NCBI GenBank assembly: GCA_963666485.2
Contig: CAXXUO010000002.1
Coordinates: 160,001 to 224,000 of the forward strand
Origin: Syntrophorhabdaceae bacterium
Lineage (GTDB): Bacteria; Desulfobacterota; Syntrophorhabdia; Syntrophorhabdales; Syntrophorhabdaceae
Direction of reading: 5' to 3'
DNA: 64,000 nt
Shown here: one piece after another, positions 1 to 9,512 of the stretch
Layout of the letters: every line of letters begins with the position of its first letter
Position numbering within the stretch: position 1 is the first letter of the stretch
Made by a program: the position numbers and the translations under genes
The notes under the pieces: generated by a model
What the model was told of the DNA's origin: nothing
The model's input: the letters and a program-made list of their open reading frames with translations, nothing else
The model's database searches: none

Positions 1-2
1 TT

Positions 3-485
3 TATGTCTTCGTATCCCCCTATGCGGGCAGGTTGTCCGACAGGACAGACCCCGTCAAGCTCTGCGTCATTGCCATGCTCTCCGGTGCCGTAAGCACCTT
101 CGTCTTTGCCTTTACGCTCAACCTAAGCGGACTTGCACCCGCCGTTATCTTTCTTGCCTGGCTCGGCTTTTCCTACGTTTTTTTCCTGTCACCCGTCAAT
201 GGCCTCGTTATGGGCTTTGCCCCGAAAGGCAAAGAAGGGGTCGCCTCGGGGCTTCTCAATACTGCCATCAACCTGGCCATGGTCCTCGGCGTCGCCGTAT
301 TCGAGCTGATCTTCGGCGCGTCCTTGCGCTCGGCCGGCCTGCCGCCGGGCGAGGGCCCGGCCCTGATGCGGGCATTACCGTCAGCCCTGCCTCATGCCTT
401 CGGTAACGCCTATATCGCAGGAGGCCTCATGTGCCTGGCGGCGATGCTTTTTTCTGTACTCGTGAAAAAAAGCCGTATAAAATAA
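3..485 (+). CDS. MFS transporter (DHA2/EmrB-like), C-terminal part, 5'-truncated by the window edge
   Basis: Frame open from nt 3 (YVFVSPYAGRLSDR, MFS motif-A-like); hydrophobic helices; GVASGLLNT motif. Confidence 0.85.
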   Translation, partial: YVFVSPYAGRLSDRTDPVKLCVIAMLSGAVSTFVFAFTLNLSGLAPAVIFLAWLGFSYVFFLSPVNGLVMGFAPKGKEGVASGLLNTAINLAMVLGVAVFELIFGASLRSAGLPPGEGPALMRALPSALPHAFGNAYIAGGLMCLAAMLFSVLVKKSRIK

Positions 486-492
486 CGATTCT

Positions 493-2190
493 ATGACCGA
501 TCAGTTCATCCCGCCGCCCTATACCTGGACAGCCGTGCCCGGGACCAAGAACGTAGATATCTACCATATCGTGCGGAAACCGTCTGTCCTGTGTTCCAAT
601 ACGTATATAATCAAGGCGCCGGACCTTTTTGTCGTCATCGATCCGGGAACCGATCCCGAACAGATAGCTCATGGCCGGCAGGTGATACTGGAAAAGCGGC
701 AGGGGCAGGTCATCCCTGTCTTCCTCTTCCTCACCCATTGCCATATCGATCATTTCCTCGCCGTGAACCTTCTCATGGACCAGGCGTTCAACGGCCAGTT
801 CATTTGCCACCCGCTCGCCGCAGACGCCATCGAGGCGCGGGATGAGAACCTGACCCTCGCGAACATGAACGGGTCGGTGCTGCCGATATGCAAGGTACGG
901 GAGAGACTTTTTCAAGACGGGGACGGCCCCATCCCCGATGAAGAGGTTGCTCTCTCCGTGGAGAGCGGCATCGTGGAGCTTGACGACGGGCAGGTCATAC
1001 CGTGCAACATTGTAGACCTGGGTGGCGGCGACCGGATCGAGATATTCCAGACCCCCGGGCACAGCCCCGACAGTGTCACCTACGTGGTGGGACAATTCAT
1101 GTATACGGGTGATCTTCACGTTGCCACGACACCCGGGATCGCCGGGAAAAATGGATGGGACAATAACGCACTCGTCTCCTCCATAAGCACAATGATCGCT
1201 GTGGGCAAGAAACGGGAGGTGGTCCACATCCTGCCCGGTCACGGTAAGGTCATCGATTTCGAGAAGGCCACGAACATGTTCCTTAAAGAGGCGGCCGAGG
1301 CCCGGCACCTCGACAGCCTTGCCCTTTTCGACCGGGAGCGCTCGCTATACCTTTCGGAGTATGCCATCGTGCTTCTCGAGGAGACGAGCAGCATCTTTTC
1401 CATCATTGCCGCCCGCCTGCTGAAAGTTTCCTATTACCTCGAAATGCTCGGTGAACATGATCACGCGGAGTCTATCCCGAAAATTATCGACACGGACATG
1501 CTCGATCAATTGGTGGATGAGTTCCATGCATACATCGAGGAACTCAAAGGCCTGCGGGGCGCGCCGGTGATCTCGAAGGCCGTGCAATTCTCCCGCAAAG
1601 TAAACAAGGTGTTCGAGCCCGAGAAGATATCTCACCTCTTCGACCCCTGTTTTTTGAGGCGGATCAAGAGCCTTCTGTCCGATTTCGTCAATGTCGTGTA
1701 CGGTATTCGCTTCCTCGACCAGGAAACCAGTTTCGGGCTGAACACAGCGGTCAGGGAAACACTTGCGGCATTGAAAAGGAACCCTACCGAAAGCGACCGG
1801 ATATTCGAAACCCTGGATGACGACCGTGAATTTATCGATGAGCTTACGAGGCGCATCGCGTACACGCCGCTTTTCGCCAATATACGTTTTTCATTCTCCG
1901 GGCCCGAGGCCGATCTCATCATCACCGCTGACAGGCTCATGTTCCAGGACCTTCTCAACGCCCTCCTCGAGCAGTTCGCTATTTCAGAAATAGATCACAT
2001 CGATCTCGAAACGGGCCGCGATGAAAACGGGGCGGCCATTCTTTCCGTGGCCCCGGGGCACGATGCGGGCCCCTTCTCGCTGAGGGATTCAAAAGCACTC
2101 TACATGCGCCATTCCATGAAAATCGCCGGCGGGTCGTTCGAAGCCGTCACGTCGGGCGGCAAGGAACTGTATCGCTTTCTCTTTTCGTGA
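493..2190 (+). CDS. Metallo-beta-lactamase-fold hydrolase with a helical middle region and a degenerate HATPase-like C-terminus
   Basis: IDPG, THCHIDH (HxHxDH), TPGHSPDS, YTGD and PGHG motifs; the C-terminal assignment is by eye. Confidence 0.8.
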   Translation: MTDQFIPPPYTWTAVPGTKNVDIYHIVRKPSVLCSNTYIIKAPDLFVVIDPGTDPEQIAHGRQVILEKRQGQVIPVFLFLTHCHIDHFLAVNLLMDQAFNGQFICHPLAADAIEARDENLTLANMNGSVLPICKVRERLFQDGDGPIPDEEVALSVESGIVELDDGQVIPCNIVDLGGGDRIEIFQTPGHSPDSVTYVVGQFMYTGDLHVATTPGIAGKNGWDNNALVSSISTMIAVGKKREVVHILPGHGKVIDFEKATNMFLKEAAEARHLDSLALFDRERSLYLSEYAIVLLEETSSIFSIIAARLLKVSYYLEMLGEHDHAESIPKIIDTDMLDQLVDEFHAYIEELKGLRGAPVISKAVQFSRKVNKVFEPEKISHLFDPCFLRRIKSLLSDFVNVVYGIRFLDQETSFGLNTAVRETLAALKRNPTESDRIFETLDDDREFIDELTRRIAYTPLFANIRFSFSGPEADLIITADRLMFQDLLNALLEQFAISEIDHIDLETGRDENGAAILSVAPGHDAGPFSLRDSKALYMRHSMKIAGGSFEAVTSGGKELYRFLFS

Positions 2191-2200
2191 AGCTCAACTC

Positions 2201-3316
2201 ATGGAAAGACTCTATTATATAGACAACTTCCGGGTATACATGATCGTGGGGGTGGTGGTTCACCACATAGCGGTCATCTATGGCGTCCCGGGCGGCTGGT
2301 ACTACGGCGAATACGGCGGCGACCGGGTGTCGCAGATATTCCTGACCATCCTGACGTTCATCGTGAGGTCGTTCGTCCTCGGATTCTTCTTTTTCATCGC
2401 GGCATATTTTACACCCGGGGCGTACGACCGCAAGGGGCCTGTCGCTTTTATGAAAGAGCGGCTGATCAAGCTCGGCATCCCGCTCGTCATCTATTCGTAT
2501 ATCATCGGCCCGTCTATCACGTATCTTGTCAAGTTCGACACCCTCTCGACACAGTATTCCTTTCTGCAGAACATGTACCAGTTCAGGAACGTGGCGCCTG
2601 CCGCGCTGTGGTTCGTGGAGGTCCTCCTCATATTTTCCTTCCTCTACGTCCTGTGGCGCCTCGTCACGGGACCTGTTTCTCCTGTTCGCAAAGACGGCGG
2701 GGTGTTCCCTTCAAACGCCGCCATAATGGCGGCAGCGGTCCTCCTCGGGCTCGCTACCTTTCTGACCCGGATATGGTTCCCGGCCACATACGTGATCTGG
2801 CACTTAAGGCCCGGCAACTACCCGCCGTACATTGTCCTGTTCATACTCGGGACCATAGCCTACCGGCGCAACTGGCTCTCAGGAATCGGTCAGGACGTTC
2901 TCAGGTTCTGGACGCGGGTGTTTGCCGTTTCCTTTATCGCCTTTCTCGCGGTGGTGCTCTATGACGGGGTTTTCCACGGGCACACCGAATTGTACCGGGG
3001 GGGAATGAGCCCGCAGGGGCTGTTCGGGGCCATGTGGGAGAATGTTTTTGCCATGGCCGTCATGATATGCGGCCTCTATCTCGGCCGTAAACGCAACAAA
3101 CCGCGGGGGAAACTTCTCGAGGCAATGTCCGCAAACGCTTTTGCCGTCTACGTGTTCCATGCGCCGGTGGTCGTCGCCTTTGCCTGTTTCCTGATGTACG
3201 TGCCCATACATCCCCTGCTGAAATTCACCCTGGTGGCCTTGACCGCGGTACCTTTCACATTTTTGATGTGCAATTACGTTATACGGAAACTTCCCCTGGC
3301 CGGCCGCATCTTCTGA
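2201..3316 (+). CDS. Acyltransferase family 3 (OpgC/MdoC-like) membrane protein
   Basis: RLYYIDNFR...HH start, FFFIAAYF...KERLIKLGIP, YVFH motif, about 10 TM segments. Confidence 0.85.
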   Translation: MERLYYIDNFRVYMIVGVVVHHIAVIYGVPGGWYYGEYGGDRVSQIFLTILTFIVRSFVLGFFFFIAAYFTPGAYDRKGPVAFMKERLIKLGIPLVIYSYIIGPSITYLVKFDTLSTQYSFLQNMYQFRNVAPAALWFVEVLLIFSFLYVLWRLVTGPVSPVRKDGGVFPSNAAIMAAAVLLGLATFLTRIWFPATYVIWHLRPGNYPPYIVLFILGTIAYRRNWLSGIGQDVLRFWTRVFAVSFIAFLAVVLYDGVFHGHTELYRGGMSPQGLFGAMWENVFAMAVMICGLYLGRKRNKPRGKLLEAMSANAFAVYVFHAPVVVAFACFLMYVPIHPLLKFTLVALTAVPFTFLMCNYVIRKLPLAGRIF

Positions 3317-3442
3317 TAACCGGAAAAGGCCGCGGCAGCGGGAGCGCGCAGGAATGCCGTCACGTTAAAAGAAGAACCGTCTTTTTGTCAATTATATGGT
3401 AGGAAAGATCGGGAAAATGTAGTAAGTGATAATGTTGGATGG

Positions 3443-3509
3443 CAGGCGATGGACTATGGGTAGCTGGTATCCCGGGCACGTTTTCCTATCGCCTATCACC
3501 TATCGCCTG
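3443..3509. repeat. Short inverted pair of 7-bp repeats (AGGCGAT... / CCTATCG-CCTATCA-CCTATCG)
   Basis: Seen directly; same family as the 26.1-26.3 kb array. Confidence 0.6.
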
Positions 3510-3526
3510 AACACGTGAGGTAACAT

Positions 3527-4306
3527 ATGGATTCTCTGATCTTTGGTCTCATCGCACTGGGGTGCAGCCTGGCCGGTATTACCTGCGGCATGCTGCTTCG
3601 GCTCGTCCTTCCCCTGGAACATCTGAGCGACGAATCCAAGGACGCCGTGAAACTGGGGACGGGCATGATCGCCACTCTCGGCGCGCTTGTCCTTGGCCTG
3701 CTCATCGCCTCCGCGAAGGGGAACTTCGATACGGTCAACGGCGGGCTGAGGGATACCGGTGCAAAAATGATCCTGCTCGACAGGACGCTCGCCCGGTATG
3801 GAGCTGAGACCGGGGAGATACGTCTTTTGCTGCGTCACTATATCAGGCACGCCGTTATTTACAATTGGCCGGAGGATAAAGCCCGGGTTACGACCACAAA
3901 AACGGACTACCCGGAAAACTGGGCCTCGAAAGACGGCATCGGAGACCTGCAGGCCAGGCTGCGTGCGTTAACCCCCCGTAATGAAACGGAGCGGGAGCTC
4001 AAGGCGCGGGCGATCCAGATCGGTTATGAAATCGACCACGCACGATGGCTTCTTTTCGAGCAGCGGGGCATGACGGCGCTGCCCATGACATTCCTCGTGA
4101 TCATTGTCTGTTGGTTCACCCTGCTCTTTATCAGCTTCGGCCTGCTCGCGCCCCGCAACGCAACGGTGCTCGTCGTGCTGTTCGTGTGCGCGCTATCCGT
4201 GTCCTGCGCCCTCTTTCTTATGATAGAGCTCGACCACCCCTACCGGGGGATAGTCAAGGCCCCGAGCACCCCCCTTGTCGATGCGCTGAAATTTATGGGA
4301 GAATAG
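3527..4306 (+). CDS. DUF4239-like membrane protein
   Basis: GMIATLGALVLGLLIASAKGNFD and ELDHPYRG motifs; 4 TM segments; GAGG RBS. Confidence 0.75.
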   Translation: MDSLIFGLIALGCSLAGITCGMLLRLVLPLEHLSDESKDAVKLGTGMIATLGALVLGLLIASAKGNFDTVNGGLRDTGAKMILLDRTLARYGAETGEIRLLLRHYIRHAVIYNWPEDKARVTTTKTDYPENWASKDGIGDLQARLRALTPRNETERELKARAIQIGYEIDHARWLLFEQRGMTALPMTFLVIIVCWFTLLFISFGLLAPRNATVLVVLFVCALSVSCALFLMIELDHPYRGIVKAPSTPLVDALKFMGE

Positions 4307-4318
4307 GAAGAGAAATAC

Positions 4319-5776
4319 ATGACAGTCACAGTTTCAAGGATGAGACCATTTATGATACCGGAGAAGACAGACAAAGAGCGTGCCCATTCCTGGCTTTACC
4401 GGGCCGCAATTATCCTCTTGATCCTCGTGATCACCCTTATCACAGGATGCGCCCATTATCCCGTCAATGTCCCCATCGCGAAATACGACCCGGATTACGG
4501 CTACCGCGGCAAGAACATGCGCGTGCCCGACAAGAAGGAAACGCTCCTCGTTTCGTTAAGTTTTTCCGGCGGAGGGACCCGGGCGGCGGCCTTCTCTTAC
4601 GGGGTGCTCGAGGCGCTTCGTGACACGGAGATAACTGTCGACGGGAAGAAGGTGCGGCTCCTCGACGAGGTCGACGCCATTGCCGGCGTCTCCGGCGGGA
4701 GTTTCACGGCCGCCTATTACGGCTTGTTCGGCGACCGCATATTCACCGATTTCGAGCAGAAATTCCTGAAGAAGAACATCGAGGGCGAACTCAAGAAGCG
4801 GATCCTTCTCAACCCGTACAGCTGGGGACGGCTGTTTTCGGCATACTTCGACAGGAGCGACCTCATCGCGGAATATTACGACACGAATGTCTTTGAAGGC
4901 GCAACCTTCGCCGACATGATGAAAAGAAAAGGGACCATGATCTATATCAACGCGACGGACATGGTGCACGGGACGCGCCTCGCGTTCACGCAGGACAGCT
5001 TCGATCTCCTGTGCTCGGACCTGGCCACTTTTTCCGTTGCCCGGGCATGCGCGGCCTCATCCGCCGTCCCGATACTGCTCTCCCCCGTCACCCTGCGCAA
5101 CTATGCCGGTACGTGCGGCTTCACACTGCCACCCGTTCTCGTGAAGGCAATGGAAGAGCGCGCCCTTCCCGACCGGCAATTTGACCTTGCGAACAACATC
5201 CTGCCGTTTCTCGATTCAAAGAAAAAGCCGTATCTTCACCTCGTTGACGGCGGGGTCTCGGACAACCTCGGCGTACGCACGGTCATAGAGAGGGTGTCGT
5301 TCCTGGGCAACGCCTGGGACAGCCTGCAAGGGGCCGACCTCGCCGATACCAACCGGGCCATTTTCATCATCGTCAACGCCGAGACGGAGATCGACACCCA
5401 GTGGGACCGCAGGGAGTCCATCCCGCCGTTCGCCGCCATGGTGGACTCGTATTCGTCCATAGCCATCTCCCGGTACAATGTCGAGACGATCGCCCTCCTG
5501 AAGGAAGTGCTGCCGCGGTGGACGCAGGAGATCCAGAGGGGCCGGTGCGGCAATAAACCGGTCAACACGGCACCGGGCGAATGCGGCGATATCCGGTTCT
5601 ACATCGTGGAGGTGAAGTTCGACGCGATCAAGGATTCCGCGCTCCGGTCATTCTTCAAGCACCTGCCGACGTCGTTCGCACTGGACAGCGACCAGGTCGA
5701 CAAGCTCCGCGAAGCCGCCCGGACGATCCTGTCCCAAAACCGTGAATTTCAGAAATTTCTGCAGGATATGAAGTGA
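4319..5776 (+). CDS. Patatin-like phospholipase, probable lipoprotein
   Basis: SGGGTRA, GVSGG (catalytic Ser) and DGG motifs; lipobox LITG-C. Confidence 0.9.
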   Translation: MTVTVSRMRPFMIPEKTDKERAHSWLYRAAIILLILVITLITGCAHYPVNVPIAKYDPDYGYRGKNMRVPDKKETLLVSLSFSGGGTRAAAFSYGVLEALRDTEITVDGKKVRLLDEVDAIAGVSGGSFTAAYYGLFGDRIFTDFEQKFLKKNIEGELKKRILLNPYSWGRLFSAYFDRSDLIAEYYDTNVFEGATFADMMKRKGTMIYINATDMVHGTRLAFTQDSFDLLCSDLATFSVARACAASSAVPILLSPVTLRNYAGTCGFTLPPVLVKAMEERALPDRQFDLANNILPFLDSKKKPYLHLVDGGVSDNLGVRTVIERVSFLGNAWDSLQGADLADTNRAIFIIVNAETEIDTQWDRRESIPPFAAMVDSYSSIAISRYNVETIALLKEVLPRWTQEIQRGRCGNKPVNTAPGECGDIRFYIVEVKFDAIKDSALRSFFKHLPTSFALDSDQVDKLREAARTILSQNREFQKFLQDMK

Positions 5777-5794
5777 GGCGATGGGCGATGGGTT

Positions 5795-8092
5795 TTATGT
5801 ATCCCTGTGGTCCAGCACCCTTCTGACGCTACTGGCAAGCTCCTGTTTGACGAGGGGTTTTGAGAGAAACTCCCTGATGCCGATCCGGCGCGCAGTGTCC
5901 GGCGAGATGGTCTGGCTGTACCCCGTACAGAGAATGATGGGGATATCTTTCCTTACAGCGAGGAGTTCTGCGGCGAGTTGCGGGCCGGCGATCCGGGGCA
6001 TGGCATAATCGGTGATCACGAGATCGAAGAGCGCGGGGTCGGAGGAAAAGATATTCAGGCCTTCCTCACTGTCGGTCACCGCGGTCACTTTATAACCAAG
6101 CCGCTCAAGGGTCTTCCTGCCCCATTCCGCGATCATCCTTTCGTCATCGACAAAGAGGATCTTCTCGGTGCCTCCGATGATTTCGGGAATTGCCACGGTT
6201 TTGGCATCCGCCCCGGTCTTCGCCTTGGGGAGCATCACCCTGAAGGTGGAACCTTCCCCGGGGACACTCTCAACGGCGATCGTCCCGTTCAGGTCCTTTA
6301 TAATGCCATAGACGACGCTAAGCCCCATGCCTGTACCCTTCCCCACCTCGCGCGTCGTAAAGAACGGGTCGAATAGCCTCTTCATGACCTCAGGGCCCAT
6401 TCCTACGCCTGTGTCCGTCACGACAAGCTGGACATATTCTCCCGGTGCCGCATACGTTCCCGGCATATTGATATCACCCTCGAAATCAATATCGGAAAGT
6501 TTGACCTCGAGGGTCCCTCCCTTTTCCTCCATGGCGAGCCAGGCGTTATTGACCAGGTTGATGAGGATCTGTTGTACCTCGACAGGCGACGCAAAGACCC
6601 TATCCGATGTTGCCGTGATGGAGAACTTTATCTCTACCATCGCGGGGATAGAGGCACGCATCAGCTGGATCGTCTCCTTTATAATTTCCGATAATGACAG
6701 GGGGCCCCTTTCATAGGTTGTCTTCCGGGCAAAAGCCAGTATCTGCTTAACCAGTTCTCTCGCTCTCATGGCTGACCGCACGACATTACCGAGATTATGG
6801 TGAACGTCGGGACGGTCCTGAACGTCTTCCTGCGCCATCTCCGTAAAACCCAGGATGGCAGCGAGGATATTGTTGAAGTCATGAGCAATACCTCCGGCCA
6901 TCGTACCGAGGGCCTCCATTTTATGGGATTGGCGGAGCGCCTCCTGCGTCCTCTCGCGCTCTTCCGTCTCGCGCCTGAGTGATACATAGGCTTGTTCCAA
7001 CTCGGAGGTACGCTCCTTCACCCTCATCTCGAGTTCATCATGGGCTTTACGCAGGGCTTCTTCCGCCATTTTACGCTCAACGATCTCCGACTGAAGGGAT
7101 TCATTGATGGACGCAAGCTCCCCTGCCCTTTCCCGCTCTTCCCTTAATGTTGTCCTGTGCACGACAAGCGAAAGGCCCAGCAAGGCCAAAAAGATCGACG
7201 CAGCGAGGAGTGAATTCATTTTCAGGCGTCCGCGCCATTCCTTAAGGACCGACTCGACAGGCACACCGGTGACTACCAAAAGCGGCAGATCGGGGACCTT
7301 CCTGTATGCCAGAAACCGGGGGGTGCCATCTATTGCGCTGGACTTGAACAAACCCGAAGGCGACCTGTTGAAAGGTTCCGTGAACACTGTGAGATTGCTC
7401 AAGTTCTTCCCAATCAATTCTTTTTTCATCGGCTGCCGGAGTATGAGCGCTCCGTCCGTGCGGAAAACCGCAACCGAGCTGTCTCGTCCTATGTCGATAT
7501 TTCGCAGGAAATCGGTGAAATCGTCCGTGTCGATGGCAGCCAGAACAATACCGAGAAATCTGCCCTCCTTCCCGTTGATCCGGTGGCTTATCGTGAAACT
7601 GTATTTCCCGGTGATCCTGCCTTTGACCAGCGGCCCGATATGAACAGGATCCCCTCTATCTCTTTGCAATCCAAAATATTCCCTGTCACGGAAATTGTCC
7701 GGTCGGGAAGGATATTGCGTGGAATCGAGGACAAGGTCCCCCCTGCTGTCGAGCAGCCACAGTGATCCGGCATCCGGCAATTCTCTGGCGGCCCCTTGAA
7801 ATCTTTCCCGTTCATTCGCGGACGAGACCGTTCCTTCAATCCCCGTCTCCCCGATCCTTTCCGCCCTGTTCGCTAATATTGCTTCTGTGGCGACAATGGT
7901 CCGCTTTATCCTCTCTTCGAGTGAGATGGCGGTCTTCTGAAGCACCAGCTGTGCACGCTCGACGGTTCTCTCGTAATCGCGCTGGGAGGTGTACCACAGG
8001 GTAAAAGCATCCAGCAGGAACAAGAGTATGAGGATAGATATCAGGTAGAACCGGGACGAAAGAAGACGTGCTGTTCTCTTTCTCACAGGCAT
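5795..8092 (-). CDS. Hybrid sensor histidine kinase (dCache-HisKA-HATPase-REC)
   Basis: GGIAHDFNNIL H-box, NLVNNA, DTGVG, GTGMGL, receiver FVDDE/DYAMP/KP; two TMs flank a Cache-like region. Confidence 0.95.
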   Translation of the reverse strand: MPVRKRTARLLSSRFYLISILILLFLLDAFTLWYTSQRDYERTVERAQLVLQKTAISLEERIKRTIVATEAILANRAERIGETGIEGTVSSANERERFQGAARELPDAGSLWLLDSRGDLVLDSTQYPSRPDNFRDREYFGLQRDRGDPVHIGPLVKGRITGKYSFTISHRINGKEGRFLGIVLAAIDTDDFTDFLRNIDIGRDSSVAVFRTDGALILRQPMKKELIGKNLSNLTVFTEPFNRSPSGLFKSSAIDGTPRFLAYRKVPDLPLLVVTGVPVESVLKEWRGRLKMNSLLAASIFLALLGLSLVVHRTTLREERERAGELASINESLQSEIVERKMAEEALRKAHDELEMRVKERTSELEQAYVSLRRETEERERTQEALRQSHKMEALGTMAGGIAHDFNNILAAILGFTEMAQEDVQDRPDVHHNLGNVVRSAMRARELVKQILAFARKTTYERGPLSLSEIIKETIQLMRASIPAMVEIKFSITATSDRVFASPVEVQQILINLVNNAWLAMEEKGGTLEVKLSDIDFEGDINMPGTYAAPGEYVQLVVTDTGVGMGPEVMKRLFDPFFTTREVGKGTGMGLSVVYGIIKDLNGTIAVESVPGEGSTFRVMLPKAKTGADAKTVAIPEIIGGTEKILFVDDERMIAEWGRKTLERLGYKVTAVTDSEEGLNIFSSDPALFDLVITDYAMPRIAGPQLAAELLAVRKDIPIILCTGYSQTISPDTARRIGIREFLSKPLVKQELASSVRRVLDHRDT

Positions 8093-8180
8093 ATATAGGT
8101 TATAACACTTTATGAGTTATTGGTTATATGCAAAATAAATGACTACCATGTCGCGGACGATATGCTCCGGTTTCGAGTAT

Positions 8181-8211
8181 CGTCACCCCGGTGTCAAGCA
8201 CCGGAATGACG
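8181..8211. repeat. Single REP-like palindrome CGTCACCCCGGTGTCAAGCACCGGAATGACG
   Basis: Near-identical to the arms at 42.27 and 48.81 kb. Confidence 0.75.
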
Positions 8212-8319
8212 GCTAGGGGAGGATCGAACGTTGTTAAGGTATCTGGCCGGGACGACGGATGTAGCAGTTTATTATGCCATCAACCGTTATTTATTAGAGA
8301 GTTGTTCCGGGCAGGCCGC

Positions 8320-9378
8320 TCAACTCCCTTCATTTTCGCCGTCTTCCATCCAGTACACCAGGAGGTTGTAGCCTATCGAAAGAACGATGGCACCGGTAAA
8401 AAGCCCGAGGAGGCCCGAGAATATGAACCCGCCTATCGCGCCAAGGAAAATGACCAGCATAGGCACCGGGGAGCCTTTCCCCATGAGCAGGGGCTTCAGT
8501 ACATTGTCAGATATACCGACGAAGAGAAGCGCGATCGTCCACAGGATGGCCGGCACGACGGCTTTTGCCGAAAAAATGTAAATGACGACCGGTATGATGA
8601 CAATGGCTGTAGGCAATTGAAGAATGGCGATAATGAGGACCGCAAAAGCCCAGAGCGCTCCAAGGGGCACGCCGGCGAGCATGAAAATCGTGCCCGCCGC
8701 GAGGAACTGGAAAAATGCCACACCGAGGATGCCTTTGGCCACGTTCTGGATCGTGATCCGCATTTGAGGGACGATCTCATCACCACGTTCCCCGGCCAGG
8801 CGGCGGACCAGTTTCCTGACAAAAACTCCCGACACATCCGCCTTGATGAGGAATATACCGCCGATAATTATCGACACGAAGAACATGACCAGGCTCTTCC
8901 CGAAGCCGCCGAGCGGCCCGATAATTCTCATGCCGAATTTTGCCAGCGGCTCCCTGTACGTGGTGATGGCCGACTCCAGGCTATGAGACGCGAGCGACCA
9001 GGCTTCCGATATCGGTTTCCCGATAAGGGGCCACCCGGCAACGGAGGGATCGGGGGGAGGGACAACGAGGGTGTGCTCCCTGAACCGGGTAACCAGGCCA
9101 TGTACCCCGTCGATCAGCGACATGACAAGCCATGTGCTCGGCAGCAGAAGGATGACGAGGATGAGGACGGTCAAAACTACCCCTGCCAGCATGTTCCTCT
9201 CGCCCATCCAGCGCCTCACCATCACGAAGAGAGGGTGCAGGGTAACGGCGATGATCGCACCCCAGATCACAGGCTGGATAAAGGGGAGAATGATCCCGAT
9301 GCACCAGGCGATAAGCGCAAAGAGCACGACGATCCTGATGATCGTATCGATCGAAGGAAATTTAACAGTGTGGTTCAT
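8320..9378 (-). CDS. AI-2E family transporter
   Basis: PFIQPVIWGAIIAV; DNVLKPLLMG; GAIGGF..GLLGLFTG. Confidence 0.9.
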   Translation of the reverse strand: MNHTVKFPSIDTIIRIVVLFALIAWCIGIILPFIQPVIWGAIIAVTLHPLFVMVRRWMGERNMLAGVVLTVLILVILLLPSTWLVMSLIDGVHGLVTRFREHTLVVPPPDPSVAGWPLIGKPISEAWSLASHSLESAITTYREPLAKFGMRIIGPLGGFGKSLVMFFVSIIIGGIFLIKADVSGVFVRKLVRRLAGERGDEIVPQMRITIQNVAKGILGVAFFQFLAAGTIFMLAGVPLGALWAFAVLIIAILQLPTAIVIIPVVIYIFSAKAVVPAILWTIALLFVGISDNVLKPLLMGKGSPVPMLVIFLGAIGGFIFSGLLGLFTGAIVLSIGYNLLVYWMEDGENEGS

Positions 9379-9512
9379 ATGATCATCCTTTCTCTATTTT
9401 AGAAAGGGGGGTGTAATTGTGTCAATAACAATCCGAAAAACCCGGCGTGATCATCATTTCCGGCTTGCGATTACACGAACATTGGTCGATAATGATGGGG
9501 CACGGAGATGTA

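Noticed and set aside
8191..9402. 403-aa plus-strand ORF
   Set aside because: Antisense shadow of the AI-2E transporter; no motifs, composition typical of shadow ORFs
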